The translations under genes and the position numbers were made by a program. From the NCBI GenBank assembly GCA_010015805.1, contig ML978122.1, forward strand, positions 1,150,453-1,214,452: a DNA stretch of 64,000 nt, read 5' to 3'. Below the pieces are notes generated by a model. That model saw only the letters and a list, made by a program, of their open reading frames with translations. It ran no database searches and was not told the DNA's origin. This stretch comes from Rhizodiscina lignyota. Taxonomy: Eukaryota. Shown here one piece after another: positions 36,768-50,392 of this stretch (its first letter is position 1; each line of letters opens with the position of its first letter).

Positions 36768-38509
36768 TCAAAGCTGTGGCTGGACCTTGTTCTCCCTCTG
36801 AAACACTAGCTCCGTTGTCCTGACAAGAATGTCGAAAGCCTTTCTGATCCACTCCTCGTTCGATCTTTCCGAAGCACTGACGACTCTGATTACATACGTG
36901 CCCTTGACCATACTACTGGTCAGGAACACTTCGCCCTCGTTGTTCACTGTTTCATACACGTCTTTCGTGATGCGGTTCGCATTGAAGAGATACTGCGCCT
37001 GCGCATCAGGCGTAAAGTCATTCGTATAATCTTCGTGAGTGGGATCAGGTCGATCCGCTGGCGATGCGATTGCTTTCGTATCACGGCTTCTTTGTGCCAT
37101 TGGCGGCCGAACAGTGAAAACTGTTAGCGCAAACACTGGCGTTGTAAATATTTCGAACAGATCTCCTCTTGATCTAATGAGGTCTGCAAAGGTCTCGCCT
37201 AGCTTGATGTGACCTCTGACCACGGCCTGCAGTCTCTGGATACCATAGGATCGGAGCACGAACCAAATTTTGAGGGAGCGGAAGCGTCTACCAAGCGGAA
37301 TCTGCCAGTCTCTGTAATCTGTGACGAGGCCGGAATCCGAAAATGCATTGCGGAGGTATGATGGCGTAATGGAGAGAGCGGCAGTGAGATCTGCACGAGA
37401 GCGGACATAGAGGCAGCTACAGATTTTCGTCAGTGCATTGATCAATTAAACGTGAAAGAAACGTACCTCGCATCGAAGTTTGTGAGTAGCCACTTGTGGA
37501 GATTGAAGTCGAAGCTGTCAAACTGTGCAAAGGACTTGGAATAATGCTGATACTCTTCACAAATAAGCGCCGACCCAGCATATGCGGCATCAACGTGAAC
37601 CCAGATATCTGGATATTCCTTGCAGACTTCGGCGATCTCGTCAAAGATGTCTACTGCGCATGTTGAGGTAGTCCCTAGCGTGGTTGTGAGATAGTACGGC
37701 TCTAGTCCTTCTCTCCGGCAGTCTTCAATGGTCTGCTTTAATGATGCGCCTCGCATGGCAAAGTCGTCCTCCTTCTTTGTCGCTACTGTCCGGAAGCACG
37801 TCCCTGCTACGATGGCACCTTTCTGGGTAGAGCTATGCGCCTGATCGCTTCCCAGAGCAACCAGCTCTGCTCTGATCAGCCCTTCTCTCCTTTCTCTCTC
37901 TCTTGTTCCGCCCTTCAGTCCTTCTTGCTCGCATTTCCTTGCCACTATTCGCTCCCTTGCCGCAACCATAGCGCAAACAATCGCCTCGCTTGCACTCCCC
38001 TGGATTACGCCACCTCCTTGCCCTTTGCTTAAGAAGACATCTGGCAAGCCTACCATCTGGCCAACCCAGTCCATCATCACAGTCTCTAGCTCTGTCACTG
38101 CAGGTGAGCAAAGCCAATTGAACGCTGGCGCACTGAATGCCGCGCTATACAGCTCGCCTAACATGGACGGGTATGTGGTATTGGAAGGGAAGAAAGCCAT
38201 GAAACCCGGATGCTGCCAGTGCGTCAGACCAGGCATGATGAGCTTTTCTATGTCGGGCTGTATTGAAGTCCATGGCTGTGACTCGGAGGGTGCGCTCGTG
38301 GGGAGTTGGGGTGCGAGATAGCCTGGGGATACGGAAGAGACGACGCGGCGAGAAGGGAGAGTTTCATAGTATTGTATAACTGAGAAGTCAGTTAGTATTA
38401 GATTGCGGAAACGTTTGATGAGAAGTTAGAGATGAAGGCACGCGATAAGCTGGTACATACTCTCCTCAACAGCAGCGTGCGCTGCTTCTCTGAACTGTTG
38501 CGAATCCAT
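36768..38509 (-). CDS. Aromatic-L-amino-acid decarboxylase (group II PLP-dependent)
   Basis: MDSQQFREAAH, PGLTHWQHP, SPAVTELE, HVDAAYAG, FNLHKWL (PLP lysine), DYRDWQIPLGRRFRSLK; two introns. Confidence 0.96.
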
Positions 38510-39775
38510 TGAGTCGTTGACTTGACAATTGAAAGCTCCAATGGGCTAATGATTTATATCGCAAGCTCACGAGCATGATGTCGATTCTGCGCCCTACGGA
38601 CCCACTATCGCGGCGGCGAACCATTTTGGTGCAATGCCGACTCGTGCGGCAGGCGGGACAAGAGAGATCGCGGAACGCTGTGCTTCCTCTCGCATCTCAA
38701 TAAGCGTTGGTGAAGCGGACATATCGCAACTCCACAAAGGTTGGCGGTGAGCACGCTTGTAGATACTCTTTTTGGTCCAGGGCGCTGCAATTGGGTTGTC
38801 TTGCGATGGTACAAGCCTTCGAGAACGCGGAAGCATTCCGAATTGTACGACCAATGGTACAAGTACCTCAGCTGATTCGAATACATAGCAACTGAGAGCA
38901 GCGAAGAACTTGTAGAAGAACCTCGAACACGTACGAATTGCGACTTTTGTGCGGCCGGATGGAGGCTCAACTGATGGCATGTCGCTTACTGCAAAATAGC
39001 GACCATATTTGGTCACAACACCAGAAGACTTTGGTCGAATTAGTCGTATGCCGGTAGTGTACTTATCTCTGAATACAGCGCCTGTCGCATACAAGAGTCG
39101 GGGTACTTGGATACGGAGTTCTATTCGATCTAATGTACGCTCGCACACAAGGCTAATATTGCCTGAAAACGCAGTGAATTGGGAAAGACATGTGCTACAG
39201 CACTGTACTGCTGCTAATCATACTCCAGAATGCTTTAACATTACCATCACACGCTTTAAAGGCTTATCCTGTAGAAATGGCTCTGTGTTCCACACATTGA
39301 ATCACTTTGTCAGAAGACTCTCGCACGTGTAGAGACATGGTGCTGCCGCCATCAAGCTGTGATGACTGAAGAAGGCTGGCTCTCTACGTGTATTGTCCTC
39401 TATGACCAGTACCATCATTGCTGAGGGCACTTCCAAGCAAAGTTAATCGATATCCGTGGACTCTTGCCGTCAAAGTTGTGAAAACAGCTCAAGATGAAAT
39501 GTTTGGGACGGAACACTCTGCGATAGTACAACACACGTAGGTTTCACAGAAGGCAATATTTGTTCGCATGCCAGCGACGGCGTGTCATTAGAATTTCTAA
39601 CGGTAAGAGTGTGATTCATTTGCCAATAGCCATAATGTCTGAAGGCTTTCTAGATGTCGTACGATATGACGTTCGTGTCTTTGGAGATTCTGTGCTTTTC
39701 CCAAAAATTCTCAGAATCTCAAATTCCTCCCAATTGGTATCTCCCAACGTAGTCCTCCATAAAGAGTGACGCAAT

Positions 39776-41540
39776 TTAGATGTCCTTGTTAATATACTCA
39801 ACTGGTCCAACATATACGTGCCTGGCCCTGAAGAAGTAGTAGGCCAGGAAGAAAATAACAGTAGCGCCATAAACCACGACGTTCCAGTTCATATCCGCAG
39901 CTGTGGGGTTCGGGCTAGTCGGGAAGAACATGAAGATCCACGCAATAATGAGGAAGCACACCGCAATGATATTGATAGGCAGACCGAAAACTCCCAAGTT
40001 GAAGCGGGAGGTCGGGAAAGGCTCTCCGAAGAGGCGTCTCCAGATGAGAATGCCAATAGCAATGAGATATGAGGACAACAGGCCAATCAGCGAGATGGAC
40101 GAGATGACCGCGTATGCAATTGGTGAGCCGATGGTGATGAGCGATAGGATAGCGGTAACGATGAGTGTGATGACGAGTGCGTTAACCGGCACATCGAAAC
40201 CTGGACGCACGCGTGCCAGGAACGATGAGAATGGCAGTCCATTGTCACGAGCGAACGCGTAAAGCTGGCGGGAGGATGTGGTGACCTGGTTGATGGTGCA
40301 ACCGAACAGAAGAGCGCCGACGATACAGACCATGGCGATCGTGGCACCTTTCGACTGCGTCGCATTGAAGATGACTTGGACGTATGGAGAGCCAGTAGGA
40401 GTTGAGAGAGCCTCATCCACGTCTCCGAGGACGAACATGAAGGTGATCGTCATAAAGAAGGCGACGAAATAGTTGACACAGGCCGTGGCAACCATAGCAC
40501 GAGGAAGGACCCATGCGGCATCTCGCAACTCTTCGGAAAGATGGCAAGATGAATCCGCACCAATCAGGGTGACGATAGGTGCGAGAATACCAATCAGGCA
40601 GGAGAGTCCAACGCTGCCCCACCCATTGTCTGAGAATTGTGTGAAAACATCCTCTGCGTTGGATCGCGGGCCGAGGACCCACAGCACAACAACGAAAGCG
40701 AAGAAGCCGAAGATGTGCAGGAAGAAGACCACACCCTGAAAGAGCGGCAGTCTGCGGATCAGCACTGTGTTGAAGAGGATAGAGACGACGATGAAGCCGA
40801 TCGAGAGCAGGGCGCCGTGCCATCCCTTTATAACGTAGCTGTCTCCGATTGAGAGACTGATAATGGCTTCGACTTGCTGGGCGCAGGCGATACCGCATCC
40901 AACCAAGGCCGATTGCCAGCCCAGTACGCAGAACCAGCCGACAGCGAAGGATAAGAACTTTTGGCTGCTCTTCGGGGCGAACTCTGATACCCAGTGGAAT
41001 TGACCTCCTGCAGTAGGAGCACTGGCAGTGATTGTCAGTTGTGAGTTCATGATCCAGGGGAGGGCAGAGGGCACTGCACGTACATAGATGCCATTTCAGC
41101 CATAGACAACATGACGAAGAACATTCCGAAGCAAGTCACGAGGAACATCCATATCGCTCCCGCGGTGCCACCGTTTGTGATTGAGAAGATACCAGTGCTT
41201 CGGTGTGGTCAGTTGTGAGTCTCGTAGGGGTGATGCGACGAAGCTTACACAAGAGCAAATTCCCAGGTGTTGCCGAGAATGACAGCATAGCCGAAGATAG
41301 AGAAGAAGTGGAAGTTACGCTGTCAATTGTTAGTGAGCAAAGACCAAGAGAGCGCCGGAGGTTGTTGGATCGCTGCGTCGTCGGTGAACGTACCCTCAGT
41401 TCTTGTCGTTTTCCCATGCGGCCCATGTCCCTCTGGTCGTAAGCGTTACCGTGCCTCTTGTCGTCCCACCCCCCCACTGGCTCCTCGATAGGTACATTCT
41501 GGATGCTGGACTCGTTCTTGACGTCGCCGAACAACGCCAT
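39776..41540 (-). CDS. Amino-acid/GABA/choline permease (APC family)
   Basis: MGKRQELR, SMAEMASI|APTAGGQFHWVSEFAP, HLSEE, SRQLYAFARDNGLPFS; multi-exon. Confidence 0.93.
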
Positions 41541-44500
41541 TGCGACACAATTCAAAGGGCGCGACCTCTAGTTAGTAGCGACTGAGGGTGTCGAGGGGAA
41601 GTGCTCCATGCCCGCCGGGCGGCCAGGAACTTAAGGAAAAGATGGTCAGACCAAAGCGGTGCTAACGAGTAATGTGCATGCAAGGTTTTCGACGTCTTTT
41701 GCAGGTGCAGCGACACCGCAGGCGGGGACGAGCAGGGTCAAGTAACAAGACTCGGAGGAAGCGGGCAGAACGCAGCAGCCAAGGCCACTAGTACGCGCAA
41801 TGGGGCGCTTTATCGACCGGAGAGGCTCAATAGGCCCGGCAGCCATGCAAGAACCGCTCCAAGCGCAAGGACGCAGTGGCGCGGCCAAATTATGTGATAA
41901 CGTCCTATCACTGCGAAACGACAGTCTACTTCCGCCAGCGGGGCGATCCTGGATGCCCTTGGGAGAGATGAGCGCCCAAAAAGCACCGCCAGTTTTACAA
42001 AGCGCACCTCGCCGGCCTTGGAGCGAAGCACTTTAACCGCGCTCTTGTCCCACGGAAGCACCGTCTAGGAAGGAGACAGCGGCGAGCTGGGTCCAGTCAA
42101 ATGTGTTACATGGCGCAATCACGACTCCGATTCATGGAGCGACGTGGGCGCGACAGGGAGCGGCATGAGGGCTCGAGTCGAATCCCCGCCAAAGGATCAA
42201 CCAGCACTACGCTCGAAAGCAGCTAACCGCCGGGGAGCGTTCCGGGGGGCTAGAGCGCCGACGAGACGGTCCGCTGCTGCCGGACTGCAGCCGCGGCGGC
42301 TTTTCCGCAAACCGGACGAACCATCGCGCGCCCCAGCGATGCCTGAGTCGTGCATGCATCTCACACAACCGACTCTCCCGGCCGCCCGTCCCTCGCAAGA
42401 CACCATCAGTCCCAGGCAAATTGTTGAGAGCCAAAGGATCGGGACAGGAACACCGCGAGGGTTCGAAGTATTCGCTTATGGTGAGACCCTGTGGACGGGT
42501 GTTTGAATCGGATCCCACATCTTCTAGAACTGCTGATCTACCCAGTCGCGGCTTGCACGAGCTCACACGTGGCGATGGTGCTTCGATTCGCAAGCGATCG
42601 ACAGGTCTGGCTGCTCCATGCCCGCCGATTGTACAGAAGCCGAGTTCTTTTCGCGTTTAAGACATGAAGAGTGTCCAGAGGACCAAGGCAAAACGGCAAA
42701 TTCATGCCACTCATCTCGAAACGCGACCAAGGAAATTCAGAAGGCCGGGCAGGCACGAGCGTTTCGAACGTGTTCGCCTGTGGCAAGAGATGGCGTTCAA
42801 GTCGTGGTTGTCCCGCCCACAAGATTGCTTCGCTTATGGCGCTGACTCGGGTGGCGGCAAGGTTCTCCTTGAACTTATTTCCAGTTCGTGCCAATCTGAG
42901 GGGACCTGGGGACCATGACTCGTCATTGGCTGAAGGAGTCGTTTGGGCAGCTTGACAGGATCCAGCCACCGGGGACGAAGGCATTTGGAAGAGAACTGGA
43001 ATCAGCGAAATATAGTCCATGGCGAGTCCAGAGATGCATCTCGCCGTCTACATAAGCTTTAGCTCTGCATCTCAGCATATCAATGTACATACTCCGTACA
43101 TATGCTCGATTGCCCTCGCTGTCGGGATCCCATCATGGTCAAAGTGCTTCGCTTTCGTAAATCTCGGCATCGCTCCAGAGAATTTCACCATGGTTACCAC
43201 TAACCGACTAGCTGTTCTCCGCCGGTACACGACGAATTTAGCTCATTGGCACCCGCCGGATCCTCCTTCTGGTCTGCCCTCGATATGGTTCTGGTCTGTC
43301 GTCTATGAGCATCGCTTCGGAGAATTTTACGTAGTAAGCGAGTGCTTCGGTTCCGTATTCACGAAAGGGTGCAGGCACGTGCGGCCTCTGAGGATTCGAC
43401 AGAACCTTCTCAAAGCTCCTTGCCATGACACGTTCGCATAGATGTTGAGCGCCTCATCGAAGCCTCAGGGTCGCCCGTATTCAACACATCCAGCCTAGCA
43501 CGACAGATCCTGAGAGCTCAGGAGGTAGTCGGCAATGAGATTCTGGCAGAGGTTGTAAAGAGGCACTGCCGGATATTCGAGTGATCACACTACCATCTCC
43601 TGCTTGGAATGTTTGAAAAGGTAGTAACATTGTTTGTACAGTACGATTGATCAAAGTGGGAGAATACATAGAGGAGAAGAGATCCAAGTTTCACTCACGC
43701 CGTTCGATTTTGACATAGTCAAAGGTGAACCCAATATATTGACAAAGCGAGACCTTGAAATAGGTCCACATTCATACAGGTTGTAGCGAGAGATATGGAA
43801 ACTCGGTTGCTGGGTACGATAGTCGCTTGGACCTAAATGTGTATCGCACATGACTTCGACGAGAACTGTGTGAGCCATCAGGGTGCTTGAACGGGACGTC
43901 CCGAAACAGCGAAAACGGCCTGGAGCTGCAAAGTCTCATCAGATCAATGATACTTGCATATGATGATATGATCACACCATAGCACGATGCTATCAAGAGT
44001 CCATGCTTCTTTTTAGTTCAACTTCAAAGCTTTTGTCACTTGGCGAGCTGTGGAGAGATCAGCAAACTTCGATATGGCGGAACATTCCACCTTATTCCCG
44101 TAGCCAGCCTTGGAAGGCGCGCCCAATGACATAAGATCCACGAGAGATCAGAAGAAATTGCGACGAATGCGTTTGTTCTGGGTTTCGGTGGAGTGACCTT
44201 CGGTGTAGGTATCTCCGCGGTGGGGAGAAGGAGTGAACCTTCCAAGGTCATGCGAGTGAGATGGAAGAGCACGGATGTATACGGCTCCTCTTCCAGAATT
44301 CCAAGCGAAGTGTGGTAGATGTGCTGGTAGGGTGTCAATACAGTCAGCAATTCGTTTGTTAATCCGGTGGGGAAATGCTCGATATCCTCGAGTTACCGGA
44401 ATATTTAAACCTTCAGGGTCCCTTCATATCCCACCTTCGCCTGAAGTGCACTATGCTAAATGGACAGCAGATTTGGTGTCTGTATCACGTAATTTGGCGT

Positions 44501-45792
44501 CGGAGCCAAAGCATTCAGAGAGCTTTCGATGGCGATGATTTTGAGTGTCCTGACGGATTGAGCCCGCAGCTCTTCCCGACTTTCGCGTCGCGTCGCGTCG
44601 AGTCGAGTCCAAGATGTGGGACCTCCATTGCGCATACGAAGAGGAACCTAAATGACGGAAAGCGGGTGATTTGGGCGTTATAAATGATGAAGCACGAATA
44701 TGAACTGTGGAAGTGACATTTTGGTGAGGTTGAACTGGTGTTTGAGGAGAGCCCAGGTGTGACTAGAGGAAAGAACGATGGGCACGTTTGGAAGGATGAA
44801 AAATTAAACATTGAGAAACTAGAAGTCTTTTTTGAATGGAAGTGAACTTGCGAAGTGCAATGGTGAATATGATTGGATGTTCAGCCTAGAGGTGTTGTAC
44901 TCGGTGGTAGCCACGAGACAACACAGAATACGTCATCGTATAAACCCTCAGCCTTGCTACGGAGTAAAAGCTGGAGTCCTTTCCAATCTTTGAGTTAGGT
45001 TGTATCACGCAAAAATTCGCAAGTGCATTATTCAAAAAGAGTTTGAGGTGCGCCGAAAATTATCAAAAGATTTGCCGCAGCATTCTCGTTGGTGCCGGCC
45101 TTCACTTACTAAGGTTATGTCCGACTTTCTACATAAGCGAAGCCTGCTGCTTAATACACTAAATTCCGAACTTCGCACGTGCACATGAACACAAGCTTTT
45201 CCTTTTGAATGATGACTTTTGCAGTAGTCGTGATAGAGTTCTGACTGGCCTGGGCGTCGATCGTTGCGATTATATGGGCAGACTTGAGCTCTCATAAAGG
45301 TCCACACGTGTCATTTCACTATTACCCACGCGTCTGCGTCTGCTATATAGAGTTTTCAATTCATGTATTATGTGAGATTGAGCGCAACTCTCGTATTGTC
45401 CTTGCCAAAAGGAGGAGCGGAGTTCGATCAGAAATCGCCCTTAATGGGAATAGCTTACAAAGCCCGAGTAGAGCGGCGAGGAAAACACTAATGGAAAACT
45501 AATCCATATAGCCGTCTATGGCATCTTCGAGTGAACATGCAGCCATTCTGCGCATGCCAATGCCCTTTCTGAGCATCCGAAACCCACCTGTTTATTCGAT
45601 TACTGATGGTCGGCTCCCCTTTTACGATGGCAGCCAGTCAGGCTTCGCCAATGCAGCTCAACAGCCATGGAACATGCCACGGGAATTATTGATTGCTCCA
45701 TTGACGTGATTGGCTTTGAAAGCAATGTCTATGCCAACGTCTTTTATAGATGATCTACCATCCCGGAAGACATCTCCAACTTCAGGACAATT

Positions 45793-47551
45793 ATGGCGAC
45801 TACCGACAACGAAAAGTCCGCAAAGGCAGGGATGACACTGAGGCCAAATTCAGAGAATGGTCCCATCAACAGACGTTTGCAAAAGACCTCATCATTACTT
45901 ACAGACCTGGAGAAGGAAGACAAAAGAAGAGACCAGGATCGTCCCGACTCCCCATCCACTACGGATATCGATCACGATGTCGAAGCGCGCGGCGTTCCTC
46001 TGGGACAGGCCAGCACTCGTGCTTCCACCATCACCAAGAAACGCGGATACATTTTCATGATCTTCATCGTTCTCACGCAACTCGTCCAGCTGTTCCCCTA
46101 CGGTGCGGGCGTGAACGGTGCATTAACGATCGGACGTGCAATCGGAGCCAGCGACGTTCAAGCAGCTTGGATAGCAGCATCATACCCCCTTACACAAGGA
46201 GCGTTTGTTCTCATCAGCGGCCGTTTGGGATCTGTGTACGGACACAAGTTCATGTTAACCTTGGGAGGCACTTGGTGGGTCTTCTGGACGCTAGCCACAG
46301 CGTACGGCAAGAACATTATTGGCATCTCATTCATGAGAGCGCTGGCCGGTATTGGCGGCGGACTCATGCAGCCAAATTCAGTTGCTTTACTTGGTATCAC
46401 ATTCCCACCGGGCAAACAGCGGAACATAGCCTTTGCTCTATTCGGTGCAATGGCTCCCGTAGGAGCTGCGGGTGGAGGTGTAATCGCGGGCATCTTCATG
46501 CAGTGGACGGACTGGCCGTGGTTGTTCTTCTTCCTGTGAGTCGATACCACGAGAAATAACGAGAAGCTTGTATTGACACTCAGTGCAGTGGCCTCCTGGG
46601 ACTTGTTGTATACGGCGCAGCCATCCTCGCTGTACCAGAAGATGTGCCACTGGATCCGAATGGCAAAGTTGATTGGATCGGTGCATACCTTGGTGTTGCT
46701 GGATTGATCTTGTTTAACTTCGTCTGGAAGTAAGTCATTTCAACGAGTGCGCGAGAAGTAACAAATACTGACACGTTTCAAGTCAAGCGCCTGCAGCAGG
46801 CTGGGACCAACCATATATATACGTTTTACTCATTGTCTCCGTCCTCCATTTTGCAGCCTTCCTCCTCTGGGAGGCCAAGTTCGCGAGCAGTCCGATCATG
46901 CCACTCGATATCTGGAAAGCACCTTCGTTTGGGCCTTTAATGTTGACCCTCGTGTTCGCATTTATGAGCGTTGGAATCTACGTGTGGTATGTGGCGGTCT
47001 TCCTGCAAAACATACGGGGTTGGGACGTCGTGCTCGAAGGCTGCGCTTTCATTCCCCTCGCAATCTGTGGATCAGGGGCAGCCTTCATTGCAGCATGGCT
47101 GGTACCTAGGATGTCGGCGCAGGTCATCATTGCCCTCGGTTGCATTGCTTCGGCGACCATAAACATCCTGCTCGCAACGACTCCTCGCCATCAAACGTAT
47201 TGGGCAATGATTTTCCCAGCCATGATTGTCACTGCTTTCACCATTGATCTTATGTTTGCGGCATCGCAGATCATCACCAGTGCCACTGTATCGAAGAAAC
47301 ATCAAGGCCCGGCGGGTTCCTTAATCAGTACCCTTCTCACGTACTGTCTTAGTATTGGTCTCGGATTTGCAGGGACGGTCGAAAAGTATACGAATAGAGG
47401 GGGAACAGACCTCATTCGGGGTTATCGCTCGGCCGCATACTTCGGGATTGCACTTGCTGGAACGGCGTTGATCATTGACGTGCTGTTTGTTCGGATGAAG
47501 AAGAACACCGTCGAAGGCTGGCAGGGCGAAGACGCCGAGAATGAAAGCTGA
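45793..47551 (+). CDS. MFS drug:H+ antiporter (DHA2, Atr1-like)
   Basis: ASYPLTQGAFVLISGRLGSVYGHK, RALAGIGGG, GAMAPVG, VDWIGA; two introns. Confidence 0.92.
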
Positions 47552-47779
47552 TTTGGTAATACGAATGGCGTACGAAATGCTGCATTTAAGGTCCATAATC
47601 AAAATTCAAGCATGTACTAATAGATAGATTGTAAATACCGCTGTTCGCTTTTCATGGGAGGATACTTAAGGTCAAGCAGCCTTGAGGGGGGGAAGGACTG
47701 TCTTGTCTTCAACAAATAACACGGACACGATCTTCGATTGAGACAGATAATGTCTATTAGGCTGTGTAGTAATAATAGA

Positions 47780-48030
47780 CACTGGCTGACGTTAAACTGA
47801 GCTCTCAGAAATGCTCTCACCTGGCTCGAAGAGCAAATCTTGTTTTGTGCTGAGCCATTTCTACTTTCATGGAGGCCAACTCTTCTGTCACCCTCGTGGC
47901 AAGCAGCAAGACTCAAGCACCAACTCCGCACTCCTATCTAGGAGCAGGTCCAAATTTCGTTTATCATTAAACGTTTTATTTCGCTCTTCGCATTGACTGT
48001 CATCAGGCTCTACCGACCTTGAACGAGAGA
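47780..48030 (+). pseudogene. Coding relic, paralogous to 53138-53400
   Basis: ELSEMLS..KSK...QLFCHPRGK vs ELSETLS..KSK...QLFRHPRGR with synonymous third-position differences. Confidence 0.55.
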
Positions 48031-48059
48031 ATCTACGGAGCGCAGTGTTAGCCGCACGA

Positions 48060-49759
48060 TTAGAATTCACGGTCAACCGAAGAGTAGCTCACATCGTTCT
48101 TGCCCACTACGACCACATCGTCTTCACTGACCCTCACACCCCCCGCTGTCTCAACATATGCGAGCGGAGCATCGCCCATGACTTTGCGATATACATCGCC
48201 AACGGTTGAACCCCTACACGCAATGTCAGTGGAAATGGAACGGCGAACAATAACAAACGAGGCACTGGAGCTCACTTCTTTACAAGAACACAATCTCGAA
48301 AGACTGCATTGCTTCCTGTTGAGCCTGAAGAGAAGTTGCTGATGTTGCGAACCGGAAATACGGGAACGAGACCTAGCAGCTCCGCAGCACGAGACAGGAC
48401 CTGGACAACTCCTGTGCTGCCAAAGCGGTAGAGGACCATGTCTTTGAGGTTATCGATGCGGCTAGATAATCGTAAGCTCAGTTACTTAATGGGTTCAAAA
48501 TCTCGGAAGAGCAAAAACTCGGAAACCGCCACTCACGTCTTCAACTTGTCATCCAGCTCTTTCAGGCCCCCACCATCGGGATCACCAGCTTCGATGAGAT
48601 CTTCTCTCGTATCGACAAACTCGCTACCTTCGGTATACTTGATGAAACCTTGCTTGGCAAGTCGTCGTAAGAAGACTTCACTGATGGCCGAGGTCAAGAC
48701 GAGGGTATTTGGATCGTGAGACTTCGCAATCTTGGCAATGTTCTTTGTTGCGTTAGTCTTGCCCAATGGTTCTTCGCAACATCGCTTGACCATACTTTGT
48801 CGGCGTCTGGATGATCAATCTTGTTCAGCGCTATCACAGTGGGGAATTTCTCGTCTGTGAATGCGTTGACCACCTTCTCGATCGTTTCATCCGACCAGTC
48901 TTGCAAGGGTTCCTTCAGACTGAGTCTCTCAAGGCACCTCGCGACTACTGGAGCGGTACTGCCATATCCGGCAAACTGCTTCTGTAATGTCTCGACTGCT
49001 GTAGCTTCTATGCGAGTCTTAACAGTTGCACTGGGGAGATCGCGCGAGAGACTCACTTATGGCGACATGCCGTCTTTTGATAGAACCCCTCTCAAACATT
49101 AGTTACCACCATTCCAAAGCGGCTCCCTGCCTGACCTACCATTTCTCCATCAAATTGCCCTGTATCCATCGCACAATCTCTCCACGCAACCAGACTATAT
49201 CTTGCGACGGATCATACCCTCTAGTCTCCTTGCCTTCCGCATCTGTTGTGCCTGATACATCCACTACGTGTACTAGAGCATCAGCATGCCGAAGGTCGTC
49301 TAAGAATTTGTTGCCGAGTCCTCTTCCTAAGTGTGCCCCAGGTACCAAGCCCGCGACATCGAGCAATTCTATCGGCACGCTTCTTCGGCCGTCGACGCAG
49401 GAGCCGTAGTTGGGCTTACATCGCGATTGGAGGTTGTAGCGCTCACAAGCACATTGTATCTGGAGGTAGCCGACGGCGCGTTGAGGGTCGATGGTTGTGA
49501 AACTGGCCGTAGTCAGCGGCTGCTGCTATTGCTCGTTCGGAGCTGCTCACGGGAAGTTCCCTGCGCGTCTAACTCAGCTACATCCTTCTCACACGGACTA
49601 GATCAAAAGACGCACCTACTTTCGAGGACGCGTCTGTTAAGCTGCTACTGTTCAGCCAGTCCTCTTGCTATTCCACATGTTCCAGTCGAACCTGTTTAAC
49701 GTGGTGGATTTGCCCGACGAGGGCTTGCCCACGAGGCCTATCAGCGGGTCGCGGGGCAT
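48060..49759 (-). CDS. Obg-family GTPase (YGR210C-like)
   Basis: GKPSSGKS P-loop, spliced [26 protein letters not shown]; multi-exon with 26-nt and 10-nt exons. Confidence 0.93.
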
Positions 49760-50392
49760 TGTGCGAAGCTTGCAAGGATGCGCTTTCGCAGGATCATGGT
49801 GGTGAAGCAGATATATTGCTCGCGCGCCGAGTGCGCATCACATCGCGATGGACTCGAAATCCATGCTCTCGCACCGTCACACGCCGAACATAAGCCGGCT
49901 GCCGAGCGCTGGGCTAAACCGGATTAGCGTAGCTGGCGGGAAGGGTTGACAGTGCGAATCTCCCTCTGCCCAGGTCCAGGGTGCAACCAGATCACTCGCA
50001 GTGCTTGGTGAATCGGTGCTCAGCACTTGACACAGGGTCATTACGAATAATAAGGTTACGATCGATAATTCTCCGCTTGTCCACAAAACGGCCGAGAAGC
50101 ACGTCAAATGTCTTGATTCGCGATCGACAGCTCCCGTGGGTCAGCGCCACGCGATAATGAAAAGGGGCTTCAGCGGGCCATGGCCGTAAGCCTCATTCGC
50201 TAGAACAATTTCGAATCCTGACCCGTTCCTTGCTCGACGCTCTTGGATCTGTCAATCTGTCGGAGCCGTCATCATCCTCTCACTTCTGTGCTGTGCGCGT
50301 CACGTCTCCGATCATTTTCCACCTCTTGCAATGTCTCTCGTTCATGTCTCTGCCGGAGGAAGTATGGCACTGTCACGTATCCAGCGGACATA

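Noticed and set aside
38594..39332. ORFs between the decarboxylase and the permease
   Set aside because: No recognisable domain; non-ATG starts; probably intergenic
42538..44811. Gene-free stretch with short ORFs and protein-like fragments on the minus strand
   Set aside because: Many stops and no recognisable motif; may be an old pseudogene but cannot be supported
50170..50230. TTCGAATCC resembling a tRNA T-loop
   Set aside because: No cloverleaf, A box or acceptor stem
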